Below are positions 38,362 to 47,644 of a stretch of DNA of 64,000 nucleotides, piece by piece. Source of the stretch: Cryomorphaceae bacterium. GTDB taxonomy: Bacteria; Bacteroidota; Bacteroidia; Flavobacteriales; UBA7312. The position numbers and the translations under genes are program-made. The stretch spans positions 12,860-76,859 of the forward strand of contig JBELHW010000003.1 of NCBI GenBank assembly GCA_042091225.1. Reading direction: 5' to 3'. Within the stretch, counting starts at the first letter, position 1. Each line of letters starts with the position of its first letter. The notes beneath the pieces are model-generated. The model ran no database searches. It was not told the origin of the DNA and saw nothing but the letters and a program-made list of their open reading frames with translations.

Positions 38362-38958
38362 TTATTGTATTAGCAAATCAAGATTATGGTGTTCCATCTG
38401 CTTTCTAACGTTAATTAAAGCATAGCGCATTCTACCTAATGCCGTATTTATGCTAACTCCAGTCTTCTCAGCAATCTCTTTAAAACTTAAATCTTCATAA
38501 TGCCTCATCACTAAAACATCTCTCTGATTTTTAGGTAAGTTCTGAATTAAATTCTTTAAAAGCTGTGTTTGCTCGTCCATAATCAAATCTTGCTCCTTAG
38601 TAGGCTCTTGATTATCGATAACATCAAAAATATCAAAGTCTTCAAAAACTTTGCTTTTCCCAACCACCGGAATTCTTTTCTGTTTTCTAAAATGATCTAT
38701 TACAAGATTGTGAGCAATTCTCATTACCCAAGGTAAAAACTTACCCTCTTCATTATATTTTCCTTTTTTTAAAGACGTAATGACCTTAAAAAAAGCATCC
38801 TGAAATATATCTTCGGCTAAAGCTTGGTTTTTTACTTTAGACAAAATAAAAGAATAGATTTTAGATCTATGGCGTTGTAAAAGTTTATCAAGTGATGAAG
38901 AATGACCCTGAAGGAAAAGTTTAACTAAATCCTGGTCGGAAGTTTTGCATACTAACAT
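38362..38958 (-). CDS. ECF-type RNA polymerase sigma-70 family factor
   Basis: 198 aa. Region 2 (DIFQDAFFKV...FLPWVMRIAHNLVIDHFRKQ) and region 4 HTH (LSFKEIAEKTGVSINTALGRMRYA). Confidence 0.85.
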   Translation of the reverse strand: MLVCKTSDQDLVKLFLQGHSSSLDKLLQRHRSKIYSFILSKVKNQALAEDIFQDAFFKVITSLKKGKYNEEGKFLPWVMRIAHNLVIDHFRKQKRIPVVGKSKVFEDFDIFDVIDNQEPTKEQDLIMDEQTQLLKNLIQNLPKNQRDVLVMRHYEDLSFKEIAEKTGVSINTALGRMRYALINVRKQMEHHNLDLLIQ

Positions 38959-39141
38959 ATCGAACTAATTTTAAGTGAATAAATAATTTAAAAAAAGTAG
39001 ATATGTTTTATAAGCGAATAATGTTTAGTTAAATTTATCGATACTATTATCGATTGTTATCCAAATATAGAATAAAAAAATGACCTTTCCAAATTGGAAT
39101 TTAACTAAATTTGTAAATTAGTTTAATTCTTGCTAGTACAA

Positions 39142-41940
39142 ATGTCAAAAAACCAAAGACCTAAATCTACTAATCAAAAATACATAACCATAAAGGGTGG
39201 CAACACACACAACTTAAAAAATGTTGATGTGAAAATCCCCAAGAAGAACATGGTGGTTATTACGGGTGTTTCAGGCTCAGGCAAATCGTCTTTGGCGTTT
39301 GATACACTATTTGCTGAAGGACAAAGAAGATACATAGAAAGTCTATCCTCTTATGCAAGACAATTTTTAGGTAAACTTCAAAAACCGGATGTTGAAAAAA
39401 TTGATGGTATATCCCCAGCAATTGCTATTGAACAAAAAGTAAACAGCAAAAATCCAAGATCTACCGTAGGAACTTCTACAGAAATATATGACTATCTAAA
39501 GTTACTTTTTGCAAGAGTAGGCAAAACTATTTCGCCTATTTCAAAGCAAGAAGTGAAAAAACAAAGTGTAACAGACGTGGTCAATTTTTTCAAAAATATT
39601 GAAAATGGGAAAAAAGCATTGATATTATTCAAAAAGAATGAAGACCTAAATCAAGTAGATTATTTAAACAAAATTTTAAATCAAGGATACTCTAGAGTTT
39701 TAATCAATGAAGATGTTTGTAGAATTGATGATGTTTTAGAAAGCAACGCCCTTTCGGAAGAACAGGAGATATATGTTGTTTTAGATAGAGTTATAACAAA
39801 CAACGAAGAAAATAATTTAAATAGAATTGCTGACAGTACCCAATCTGCTTTTTTCGAAGGTCAAGGACAATGTTATATTAAAATAGATAAGCAAATAACT
39901 CCTTTTAGTAATCGATTTGAAAAGGATGGAATTAAATTTATTTTACCAACCGAACATCTTTTTAGCTTTAACAATCCTCTTGGTTCTTGTAAAAAGTGTG
40001 ATGGATATGGCTCTGTATTAGGAATTGATGAAAATAAAGTAATACCAAACACTAGTCTTTCAGTACATCAAGGAGCTGTTAGCTGCTGGAAAGGAGAAAA
40101 GCTAGGGAAATGGAAAGAAAGATTTTCTCTAAGTGCTTTAGACCATGACTTTCCAATTCATAGAGCTTATTGCGATCTTAATGAAAATGAAAAAAACCTT
40201 CTTTGGAATGGTGCTAAAAAATTAAAAGGAATAAATACATTTTTCAAACAAGTAGAAAAAGAAATTTACAAAGTCCAAAACAGAGTTTTATTAGCAAGGT
40301 ATAAAGGAAAAAGTAAATGCGATCAATGCCATGGCTCAAGACTTAGAAAAGAAGCATTATACGTTTATGTTGACGACATGAACATCAATGACATTGTTCA
40401 TTTACCTATCGATAAAGCTTTAAAAAAGCTAGAAAAACTAAAATTAAATAAAAACGATAGCCACATTGCAGAACGGATTTTAAAAGAAATTACAAGTCGG
40501 TTGAGCTTTTTAAATGAAGTAGGATTAAGTTACTTAAGTTTAAATCGACTCTCTTCTACTCTTTCTGGAGGAGAATCTCAAAGAATAAATTTGGCAACTT
40601 CAATAGGCAGCAGCCTAGTTGGCTCAATGTATGTTTTAGATGAGCCAAGTATTGGACTTCATTCAAGAGATACCAAAAGATTAATTAGCGTTCTAGAATC
40701 TTTAAGAGATATAGGAAATACCGTAATAATAGTCGAGCACGATGAAGAAATAATGAAAGCAGCAGACCAAATTATCGATATAGGTATGTATGCAGGATCT
40801 TTAGGAGGCGAAGTTGTTTTTCAAGGAAACCTTAAAGAAATATACAAGAGTAAAAAAAGCCTCACAGGTAATTATTTAAATGGCACAAAAAAAATTGAAA
40901 CACCTAGCCAAAGAAAAAAATGGAGCCATTCAATTAAGATAAAAGGAGCTAGGGAAAATAATTTAAAAAATATTAATGTTGAGTTTCCATTAGACTGCTT
41001 AACGTTAGTAACTGGAGTCAGCGGCTCAGGAAAAACCTCTTTAATTAAACAAATATTATTTCCTGCTATTCAAAAAAACATACAAGGTTATAGTTCAAAA
41101 ATAGGTAGTCATGATAGCATAGAAGGAGACTTAAACTTTATTGAAAATATAGAGTTTATTGACCAAAACCCTATTGGAAGATCTTCAAGATCTAATCCGG
41201 TAACCTATATAAAAGCATACGACGATATAAGAAGCTTATTCGCTTCTTTAGAATTAGCAAAAGCAAGAGGATATAAGAGTGGAAGATTTTCTTTTAATGT
41301 TGACGGCGGGAGATGCGAAGTTTGCGAAGGCGAAGGCCAAATTACTATTGAAATGCAGTTTATGGCCGATGTTTATATAAATTGTGAAAGCTGTAAGGGT
41401 AAAAGATTTAAAGAGGAAACCTTAGAAATTAAATACCACAAAAAAGATATCTCTGATGTTTTAAAGATGACAATAGACGAAGCTATTTCGTTCTTTGAAA
41501 AACATCAACAACATAAAATTGTTAAGAAATTACTTCCGCTTCAACAAGTAGGATTAGGATACATTCAACTTGGCCAATCTTCAAATACATTAAGTGGCGG
41601 CGAAGCTCAAAGAATTAAATTAGCTTTCTTTTTAAGTAAAGGAATAAATACTGAAAAAACATTATTTATTTTTGATGAACCAACTACAGGACTACATTTT
41701 CACGATATAAGTAAGCTCTTGAAATCTTTTAAAGCTCTAATTAATAATGGGCACACGATTGTTTGCATCGAACATAATACCGATGTTATTAAATCTGCAG
41801 ACTGGATAATCGACTTAGGTCCTGAAGGTGGAGCAAATGGAGGAGAATTAATGTTTAGCGGCACACCAGAAGATTTAATAAAAAATAAAAAATCACATAC
41901 CGCACATTACTTAAAAGAAAAACTAACTCCTACTGTCTAA
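39142..41940 (+). CDS. uvrA: Excinuclease ABC subunit A
   Basis: About 930 aa. Two ABC modules, each with GVSGSGKSS/GVSGSGKTS Walker A and LSGGE signatures. Zinc-finger CKKCDGYG and CEVCEGEG. The ATG at 39142 is preferred over the TTG at 39130. Confidence 0.95.
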   Translation: MSKNQRPKSTNQKYITIKGGNTHNLKNVDVKIPKKNMVVITGVSGSGKSSLAFDTLFAEGQRRYIESLSSYARQFLGKLQKPDVEKIDGISPAIAIEQKVNSKNPRSTVGTSTEIYDYLKLLFARVGKTISPISKQEVKKQSVTDVVNFFKNIENGKKALILFKKNEDLNQVDYLNKILNQGYSRVLINEDVCRIDDVLESNALSEEQEIYVVLDRVITNNEENNLNRIADSTQSAFFEGQGQCYIKIDKQITPFSNRFEKDGIKFILPTEHLFSFNNPLGSCKKCDGYGSVLGIDENKVIPNTSLSVHQGAVSCWKGEKLGKWKERFSLSALDHDFPIHRAYCDLNENEKNLLWNGAKKLKGINTFFKQVEKEIYKVQNRVLLARYKGKSKCDQCHGSRLRKEALYVYVDDMNINDIVHLPIDKALKKLEKLKLNKNDSHIAERILKEITSRLSFLNEVGLSYLSLNRLSSTLSGGESQRINLATSIGSSLVGSMYVLDEPSIGLHSRDTKRLISVLESLRDIGNTVIIVEHDEEIMKAADQIIDIGMYAGSLGGEVVFQGNLKEIYKSKKSLTGNYLNGTKKIETPSQRKKWSHSIKIKGARENNLKNINVEFPLDCLTLVTGVSGSGKTSLIKQILFPAIQKNIQGYSSKIGSHDSIEGDLNFIENIEFIDQNPIGRSSRSNPVTYIKAYDDIRSLFASLELAKARGYKSGRFSFNVDGGRCEVCEGEGQITIEMQFMADVYINCESCKGKRFKEETLEIKYHKKDISDVLKMTIDEAISFFEKHQQHKIVKKLLPLQQVGLGYIQLGQSSNTLSGGEAQRIKLAFFLSKGINTEKTLFIFDEPTTGLHFHDISKLLKSFKALINNGHTIVCIEHNTDVIKSADWIIDLGPEGGANGGELMFSGTPEDLIKNKKSHTAHYLKEKLTPTV

Positions 41941-42336
41941 ATAAGATTGTAAAATAATTGTTGCACTTATTTGATCTACTAATGCCTTATTAGACCTAGC
42001 TTTTTTACTTATACCAGAATCAATCATGGTTTGAAATGCCATTTTAGAGGTAAAACGCTCGTCCACTCTTTCAATCTTAAGATTAGGGTATGCTTTTTGC
42101 AAACGTATTACAAATGGCTCGATGTATTTACTGCTTTCAGACATGGTATTATCTAAATTTTTAGCAAAACCTACAACAACACATTCAACATTATTTTTGC
42201 CAAGATAACTACTCAAATATGCCATTAAATCGCTGGTTTTCACAGTAGTTAGACCACTAGCAATTATTTGTTCCGTATCCGTAACTGCTAGCCCTACCCT
42301 TTTACTTCCATAGTCAATTGCTAAAATTTTGCTCAT
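41923..42336 (-). CDS. ruvX: Holliday junction resolvase-like RuvX (YqgF)
   Basis: 137 aa. ILAIDYGSKRVGLAVTD N-terminus and DERFTS block. Confidence 0.85.
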   Translation of the reverse strand: MSKILAIDYGSKRVGLAVTDTEQIIASGLTTVKTSDLMAYLSSYLGKNNVECVVVGFAKNLDNTMSESSKYIEPFVIRLQKAYPNLKIERVDERFTSKMAFQTMIDSGISKKARSNKALVDQISATIILQSYLDSRS

Positions 42337-42374
42337 AGATTACGAAAATAAAGCTTTTAACTATCTTTGCAAAC

Positions 42375-43193
42375 ATGAATAACACACTTAAAACAATTAT
42401 AGAGGACGCATGGAATAATCGTACTCTACTTGAAAAAACAACTACACAGGATGCAATCAGAGAAATAATTGAACTTTTAGACAAAGGGAAATTAAGAGTT
42501 GCCCATCCAGAAAATGAAGAATGGATTGTTAATGACTGGATAAAAAAAGCAGTTATTATGTACTTCCCTATTCAAAAAATGGAAACAATAGAAGCCGGTC
42601 CGATGGAGTTTCATGATAAAATGAAACTAAAAAAAGACTATGCAAAACTAGGGGTACGTGTTGTACCTCATGCTGTAGCAAGATACGGATCATTTTTAGC
42701 TAAGGGAGTAATTATGATGCCATCATACGTAAACATTGGAGCGTTTGTAGATGAAGGTACAATGGTAGATACTTGGGCTACGGTTGGTTCTTGCGCACAA
42801 ATTGGAAAAAATGTTCACCTTAGTGGTGGGGTTGGTATAGGAGGTGTACTAGAACCAATTCAGGCAGCTCCAGTTGTTATTGAAGATGACGCTTTTATAG
42901 GTTCGAGATGTATTGTAGTAGAGGGAGTTAGAGTAGCCAAAGAAGCAGTTCTTGGAGCAAATGTTGTCCTTACATCCTCTACCAAAATAATTGATGTAAC
43001 TGGCAATGAACCAAAAGAAATAAAAGGATTTATTCCACAAAGATCGGTTGTTATTCCTGGTACTTATCAAAAAGAATTTAATGCTGGCACCTATGGTGTA
43101 CCTTGTGCACTAATTATTGGAAAAAGAAAAGAAAGCACCGATAAAAAGACATCATTAAATAGTGCTTTAAGAGAATATAATATTTCAGTATGA
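42375..43193 (+). CDS. dapD: 2,3,4,5-tetrahydropyridine-2,6-dicarboxylate N-succinyltransferase
   Basis: 272 aa. Left-handed beta-helix hexapeptide repeats. MPSYVNIGAFVDEGTMVDTWATVGSCAQIG block. Confidence 0.9.
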   Translation: MNNTLKTIIEDAWNNRTLLEKTTTQDAIREIIELLDKGKLRVAHPENEEWIVNDWIKKAVIMYFPIQKMETIEAGPMEFHDKMKLKKDYAKLGVRVVPHAVARYGSFLAKGVIMMPSYVNIGAFVDEGTMVDTWATVGSCAQIGKNVHLSGGVGIGGVLEPIQAAPVVIEDDAFIGSRCIVVEGVRVAKEAVLGANVVLTSSTKIIDVTGNEPKEIKGFIPQRSVVIPGTYQKEFNAGTYGVPCALIIGKRKESTDKKTSLNSALREYNISV

Positions 43194-44311
43194 TGAATAT
43201 TGGGTTTGATGCAAAAAGAGCTTTTTACAACAATACTGGGCTTGGAAACTACAGTAGAGATACCGTACGCATATTAAGTAATCATTTCCCTGATAACAAC
43301 TATTATTTATATACTCCAAAAGAAGTAAATAATAAAAGATTAGACTATTTAGATAGAAGAAATATTTTTGTCAAAACTCCAAAAAGAATCATTGATAAAT
43401 CTTTTAAATCACTATGGAGAACTTCTTCCGTAAAAAGAGATTTAATAAAAGATAAAATAAATATTTTTCATGGATTAAGTCATGAACTTCCCATTGGTAT
43501 TAACAAAACAAATATCAAAACAATAGTCACTATTCACGATCTTATTTTTTTAAGATATCCCCAATTATTCAACAAAATTGACAATAAAATTTACTATCAA
43601 AAATTTTATCATTCTTGTAAAATAGCAGATAAAATTATTGCAGTAAGTAATCAGACCAAAAAAGATATAGTAGATTTTTTTAAAATAGATCCTAAAAAAA
43701 TTGAGGTCGTTTATCAGGGTTGCAATAAAGCTTTTAAGCAAACACAACCATTACACATATTCAATTCTTTGTTAAAAAAATACCCTATACCAAAAGAGTA
43801 TTTACTTTATGTAGGAAGTATAGAAGAAAGAAAAAATCTTTTATCCCTTCTAAAGTGCTTAAAGAATATGCCAAATCAAAAACTAGTAATAGTAGGTGAA
43901 GGAAAACAATACAAAAATAAATGTCTGAATTACATAAAAAACAAACAATTAGAAAAACAAGTTTATTTTCTTAAAGAACTAAACCTTGAGCAACTGGCTA
44001 GCCTATATCAAAATGCTCAAATGCTAATCTATCCCTCTTTATTCGAAGGATTTGGCATTCCGATTATTGAAGCACTGTTTTGCAAAACTCCTGTTATAAC
44101 TTCAAAAAATGGCTGTTTTTCTGAAGCAGGAGGTCCATCTTCCATCTATATAGACCCTACAGATACCGAACAAATGAAAATTGCTATTTTAAGTATCTTA
44201 GGCGACCAAAACAAAAGAGAACAACAAATTAAAAATGGACTAGAATATGTTCAGAAATTCAACGACGAAACCATTGCAAAAAAATTAATGTCCACCTACC
44301 TCAATCTTTAA
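43190..44311 (+). CDS. Family 1 (GT4-type) glycosyltransferase
   Basis: 373 aa. C-terminal EGFGIPIIEA motif of GT-B retaining enzymes. 4-nt overlap with dapD. Confidence 0.8.
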   Translation: MMNIGFDAKRAFYNNTGLGNYSRDTVRILSNHFPDNNYYLYTPKEVNNKRLDYLDRRNIFVKTPKRIIDKSFKSLWRTSSVKRDLIKDKINIFHGLSHELPIGINKTNIKTIVTIHDLIFLRYPQLFNKIDNKIYYQKFYHSCKIADKIIAVSNQTKKDIVDFFKIDPKKIEVVYQGCNKAFKQTQPLHIFNSLLKKYPIPKEYLLYVGSIEERKNLLSLLKCLKNMPNQKLVIVGEGKQYKNKCLNYIKNKQLEKQVYFLKELNLEQLASLYQNAQMLIYPSLFEGFGIPIIEALFCKTPVITSKNGCFSEAGGPSSIYIDPTDTEQMKIAILSILGDQNKREQQIKNGLEYVQKFNDETIAKKLMSTYLNL

Positions 44312-44312
44312 A

Positions 44313-44873
44313 ATGCAAGAAGAAATTAAAAAGTGTATAGACGTTTTAAGACAAGGCGGAATAATACTTTACCCAACAGATACAATTTGGGGTATAGGAT
44401 GTGACGCCAATAACCAAGAAGCAATAAAACGCATATACGAAATAAAAAAAAGAGTAGAATCCAAAGCACTTATAACACTAGTAAACAATGAGGTTATGCT
44501 AGAAAGAACCGTAGTAGATATGCCTGAGATTGCATGGGACCTAATTGAGTCAGCAAATAAGCCACTCACAATTATTTACGAAAAAGTTAAAGGAATTTCC
44601 AATAATGCTTTAGCACAAAATAAATCTTGTGCCATAAGATTAGTAAACGATGATTTTTGCAAAAATTTAATTAGTCGATTTAAAAAGCCAATTATTTCAA
44701 CCTCTGCAAATGTTAGTGGAGAAAAAAATCCTTCGAATTTTAAAGATATTGACCAACACATTCTTAAAAACGTAGATTATATAGTAAATTACAAACAAAA
44801 CGACTCAACTAAAAAAACGAGCTCCAATATTATAGAGCTTAAAAATAATGGCTCAATAAAAATTATTAGATAA
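44313..44873 (+). CDS. YrdC/Sua5-domain protein (L-threonylcarbamoyladenylate synthase family), paralog 2
   Basis: 186 aa. ILYPTDTIWGIGCD, AIRLVND and ISTSANVSGE motifs. Confidence 0.75.
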   Translation: MQEEIKKCIDVLRQGGIILYPTDTIWGIGCDANNQEAIKRIYEIKKRVESKALITLVNNEVMLERTVVDMPEIAWDLIESANKPLTIIYEKVKGISNNALAQNKSCAIRLVNDDFCKNLISRFKKPIISTSANVSGEKNPSNFKDIDQHILKNVDYIVNYKQNDSTKKTSSNIIELKNNGSIKIIR

Positions 44874-46310
44874 GTGAACTTGAATTCTTTTTTAAAACAA
44901 GAAATCTTCAATACTGTAAGTAAAGCTGCAGATGAGTTAGAATATCCTACTTTCGTAATTGGCGGATTCGTAAGAGATGCTATAATGGAAAGAAACCAAC
45001 CTAAAGATATTGATATTGTTTGTCTTGGTTCCGGTATTAAGTTAGCAAAAAAAGTAGCTAGTTTTTTATCTCCTGAGCCTCAAATACAAGTTTTCAAAAA
45101 CTTCGGTACCGCGATGTTAAAGCATAATGATCTTGAACTCGAATTTGTTGGAGCACGAAAAGAATCTTACCGAAAAGAATCTAGAAAGCCAATAGTAGAA
45201 AATGGAACATTAGAGGATGATCAAAACAGAAGAGACTTTACCATTAATGCAATGGCAATTCAATTAAATAATAAAGACTTTGGCAAATTAATTGATCCTT
45301 TTGATGGAATAACAGATATTAAAAACAAAACCTTAAAAACACCATTAGATCCGTCTATAACTTACTCAGACGATCCTCTCAGAATGGTTAGAGCAATTCG
45401 GTTTGCATGTCAACTTCAATTTGAAATTGAAGCACTTTCATTAAAAGCAATAAAAGAAAACGCAGAAAGAATTACAATAGTCTCTCAAGAAAGAATAACA
45501 CAAGAATTAAATAAAATTATTCTTAGTAAAAAACCATCAATTGGATTTAAATTACTATTTGACACCGGACTATTGCATCATTTTTTCCCTAAAATAACCG
45601 AACTTCATGGAGTCGAAGTAATCGACAATAAATCCCACAAAGATAATTTCTACCATACCCTAGAAGTACTGGATAATATCAGTTTAAAATCAGAAAATTT
45701 ATGGTTAAGATGGGCTGCAATTCTGCACGACATTGCCAAACCAGACACCAAAAAATTTGACAAAAAAAATGGCTATACTTTTCACGGCCACGAATTTATA
45801 GGATCTAAAATGGTGCCATCTATTTTTAGAAAACTAAAACTTCCCTTAAATGAAAAAATGAAATATGTTCAAAAACTTGTAAAACTTCATTTAAGACCAA
45901 TAGTTCTTTCAAAAGAAATTGTAACAGACTCAGCAGTAAGAAGATTATTGTCCGACGCAGGAAACGATATTGATGACCTCATGACTTTATGTGATGCAGA
46001 TATTACATCTAAAAACCCTATAAAAGTAAAAAAGTTTTCAAACAACTTCAATTTGGTTAGAGAAAAATTAAAACAAGTTGAAGAAAAAGACCAAATAAGA
46101 AACATGGTACTTCCTTTAAATGGAGAAGATATAATACAAATTTTTGAAATAAAACCAGGAAAAGAAATCGGACTACTCAAGAAAGCAATTAAAGATGCTA
46201 TATTAGATGGTGATATAGAAAACAATAAAGAGCAAGCAATATTGTTAGTTATTGAAAAAGCAAAGAAATTCGGATTAAAACCAAAAAAAAATGAAGAGAA
46301 TAAAATTTAG
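44874..46310 (+). CDS. cca: tRNA nucleotidyltransferase (CCA-adding) / poly(A) polymerase family with HD domain
   Basis: 478 aa with a GTG start. Head domain GGFVRD...KDIDIV and RRDFTINAM. HD motif HDIAKP. Confidence 0.75.
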   Translation: MNLNSFLKQEIFNTVSKAADELEYPTFVIGGFVRDAIMERNQPKDIDIVCLGSGIKLAKKVASFLSPEPQIQVFKNFGTAMLKHNDLELEFVGARKESYRKESRKPIVENGTLEDDQNRRDFTINAMAIQLNNKDFGKLIDPFDGITDIKNKTLKTPLDPSITYSDDPLRMVRAIRFACQLQFEIEALSLKAIKENAERITIVSQERITQELNKIILSKKPSIGFKLLFDTGLLHHFFPKITELHGVEVIDNKSHKDNFYHTLEVLDNISLKSENLWLRWAAILHDIAKPDTKKFDKKNGYTFHGHEFIGSKMVPSIFRKLKLPLNEKMKYVQKLVKLHLRPIVLSKEIVTDSAVRRLLSDAGNDIDDLMTLCDADITSKNPIKVKKFSNNFNLVREKLKQVEEKDQIRNMVLPLNGEDIIQIFEIKPGKEIGLLKKAIKDAILDGDIENNKEQAILLVIEKAKKFGLKPKKNEENKI

Positions 46311-46791
46311 TATTGTATTAGATCACAAACAGGATGTTTTTAGAGAAATTGAAATCGATGGAAACAATACGCTCTTACAACTTCATCAAATTATAGAACA
46401 ATCGTTTGGACTAAACCAAGGGGAAATGGCTGCATTTTATTTTACAGATGAAGAATGGAATCAGGAAGAAGAAATTCCGCTTGTTTCTATGGACGATAGC
46501 GTTGCAGAAATGACTAAAATTAAAATACAAAACGTTTTCGAATCTTTAGACTCAAAAATGTTATATATAAACGACTTTCTTCTTTTTTGGAGATTCATGA
46601 TTACTACAGAAGAAATTTCGGAAACCGATAGCGATAATAAGGCAAAAGAAGTATTAAAATTTGGAGAAATGCCATTGGATGCACCCAATATACAATTCGT
46701 TGCCGACAACATAGACGAAGAAGAAAATGAAGATGATGATCTGTTTTTTGATGGCGATTTAAACGAATTTGAAGAATTTAATGAATACTAA
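46291..46791 (+). CDS. Hypothetical protein with strongly acidic C-terminal tail (N-terminal half resembles the pRiA4b ORF-3-like fold pattern)
   Basis: 166 aa. Overlaps cca by 20 nt and miaA by 23 nt. FREIEIDGNNTLLQLHQIIEQSFGL pattern. C-terminal DEEENEDDDLFFDGDLNEFEEFNEY. Confidence 0.45.
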   Translation: MKRIKFSIVLDHKQDVFREIEIDGNNTLLQLHQIIEQSFGLNQGEMAAFYFTDEEWNQEEEIPLVSMDDSVAEMTKIKIQNVFESLDSKMLYINDFLLFWRFMITTEEISETDSDNKAKEVLKFGEMPLDAPNIQFVADNIDEEENEDDDLFFDGDLNEFEEFNEY

Positions 46792-47644
46792 AACATTAAA
46801 TGTAGTTTTTGGCCCAACAGCTATTGGTAAAACAAGCTATAGTATCAATTTAGCTAAAAAACTAAATACAGAAATAATTTCAGCCGATTCCAGGCAATTT
46901 TATAAAGAAATGCAAATTGGAACCGCCGTACCTACTCCTTACGAATTAAAACAAGTAAAACACCATTTTATCCAAAACATTAGTATTCATGAAAATTACA
47001 ATGTCGGACAATTCGAAAAAGATGGATTAAAAAAAATAGAATCTCTTTTTAAAAATTTTGACCAATTAATCTTAACAGGAGGGTCAGGGCTTTATATAGA
47101 TGCAATTTGTAATGGTTTAAATTTTTTTCCCGAAATAAACGCTAATATTAGAAATGAAATAAGAGAAAAATACGACAAACAAGGCTTAGAATGGCTCAAA
47201 AAAGAGGTCGAAAAAGCAGATCCAGAATATTACAATCAGGTTGACAAAGAAAATCCACAAAGACTATTAAGGTGTTTAGAAGTATGCACTCAAACAAAGA
47301 AATCATACTCCTCATTTAAAAAACAAAAAACAAAAAAAAGAGATTTTGATATAAAATTTATTGGCCTAAAAATGGAAAGAGATCAATTATATCAGAGAAT
47401 AAATAAAAGAGTGGATATAATGCTAGAAAAAGGACTTGTAGAGGAAGCAAAAAATTTATATCAATACAAACATCTTAATGCATTACAAACAGTAGGATAT
47501 AAAGAAATTTTTGATTTTTTAGACAACAAACACTCTCTAGAAAAAGCCATTGACCTAATAAAGCAAAACAGTAGAAGATACGCTAAAAGACAAATGACTT
47601 GGATGAAAAAATATCCTGCAAATTGGATAGACTTAACTATTTAA
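46769..47644 (+). CDS. miaA: tRNA dimethylallyltransferase
   Basis: 291 aa. P-loop GPTAIGKTS, DSRQFYKEMQIGT and QRRYAKRQMTW blocks. Alternative ATG at 46781. Confidence 0.9.
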   Translation: MKNLMNTKTLNVVFGPTAIGKTSYSINLAKKLNTEIISADSRQFYKEMQIGTAVPTPYELKQVKHHFIQNISIHENYNVGQFEKDGLKKIESLFKNFDQLILTGGSGLYIDAICNGLNFFPEINANIRNEIREKYDKQGLEWLKKEVEKADPEYYNQVDKENPQRLLRCLEVCTQTKKSYSSFKKQKTKKRDFDIKFIGLKMERDQLYQRINKRVDIMLEKGLVEEAKNLYQYKHLNALQTVGYKEIFDFLDNKHSLEKAIDLIKQNSRRYAKRQMTWMKKYPANWIDLTI

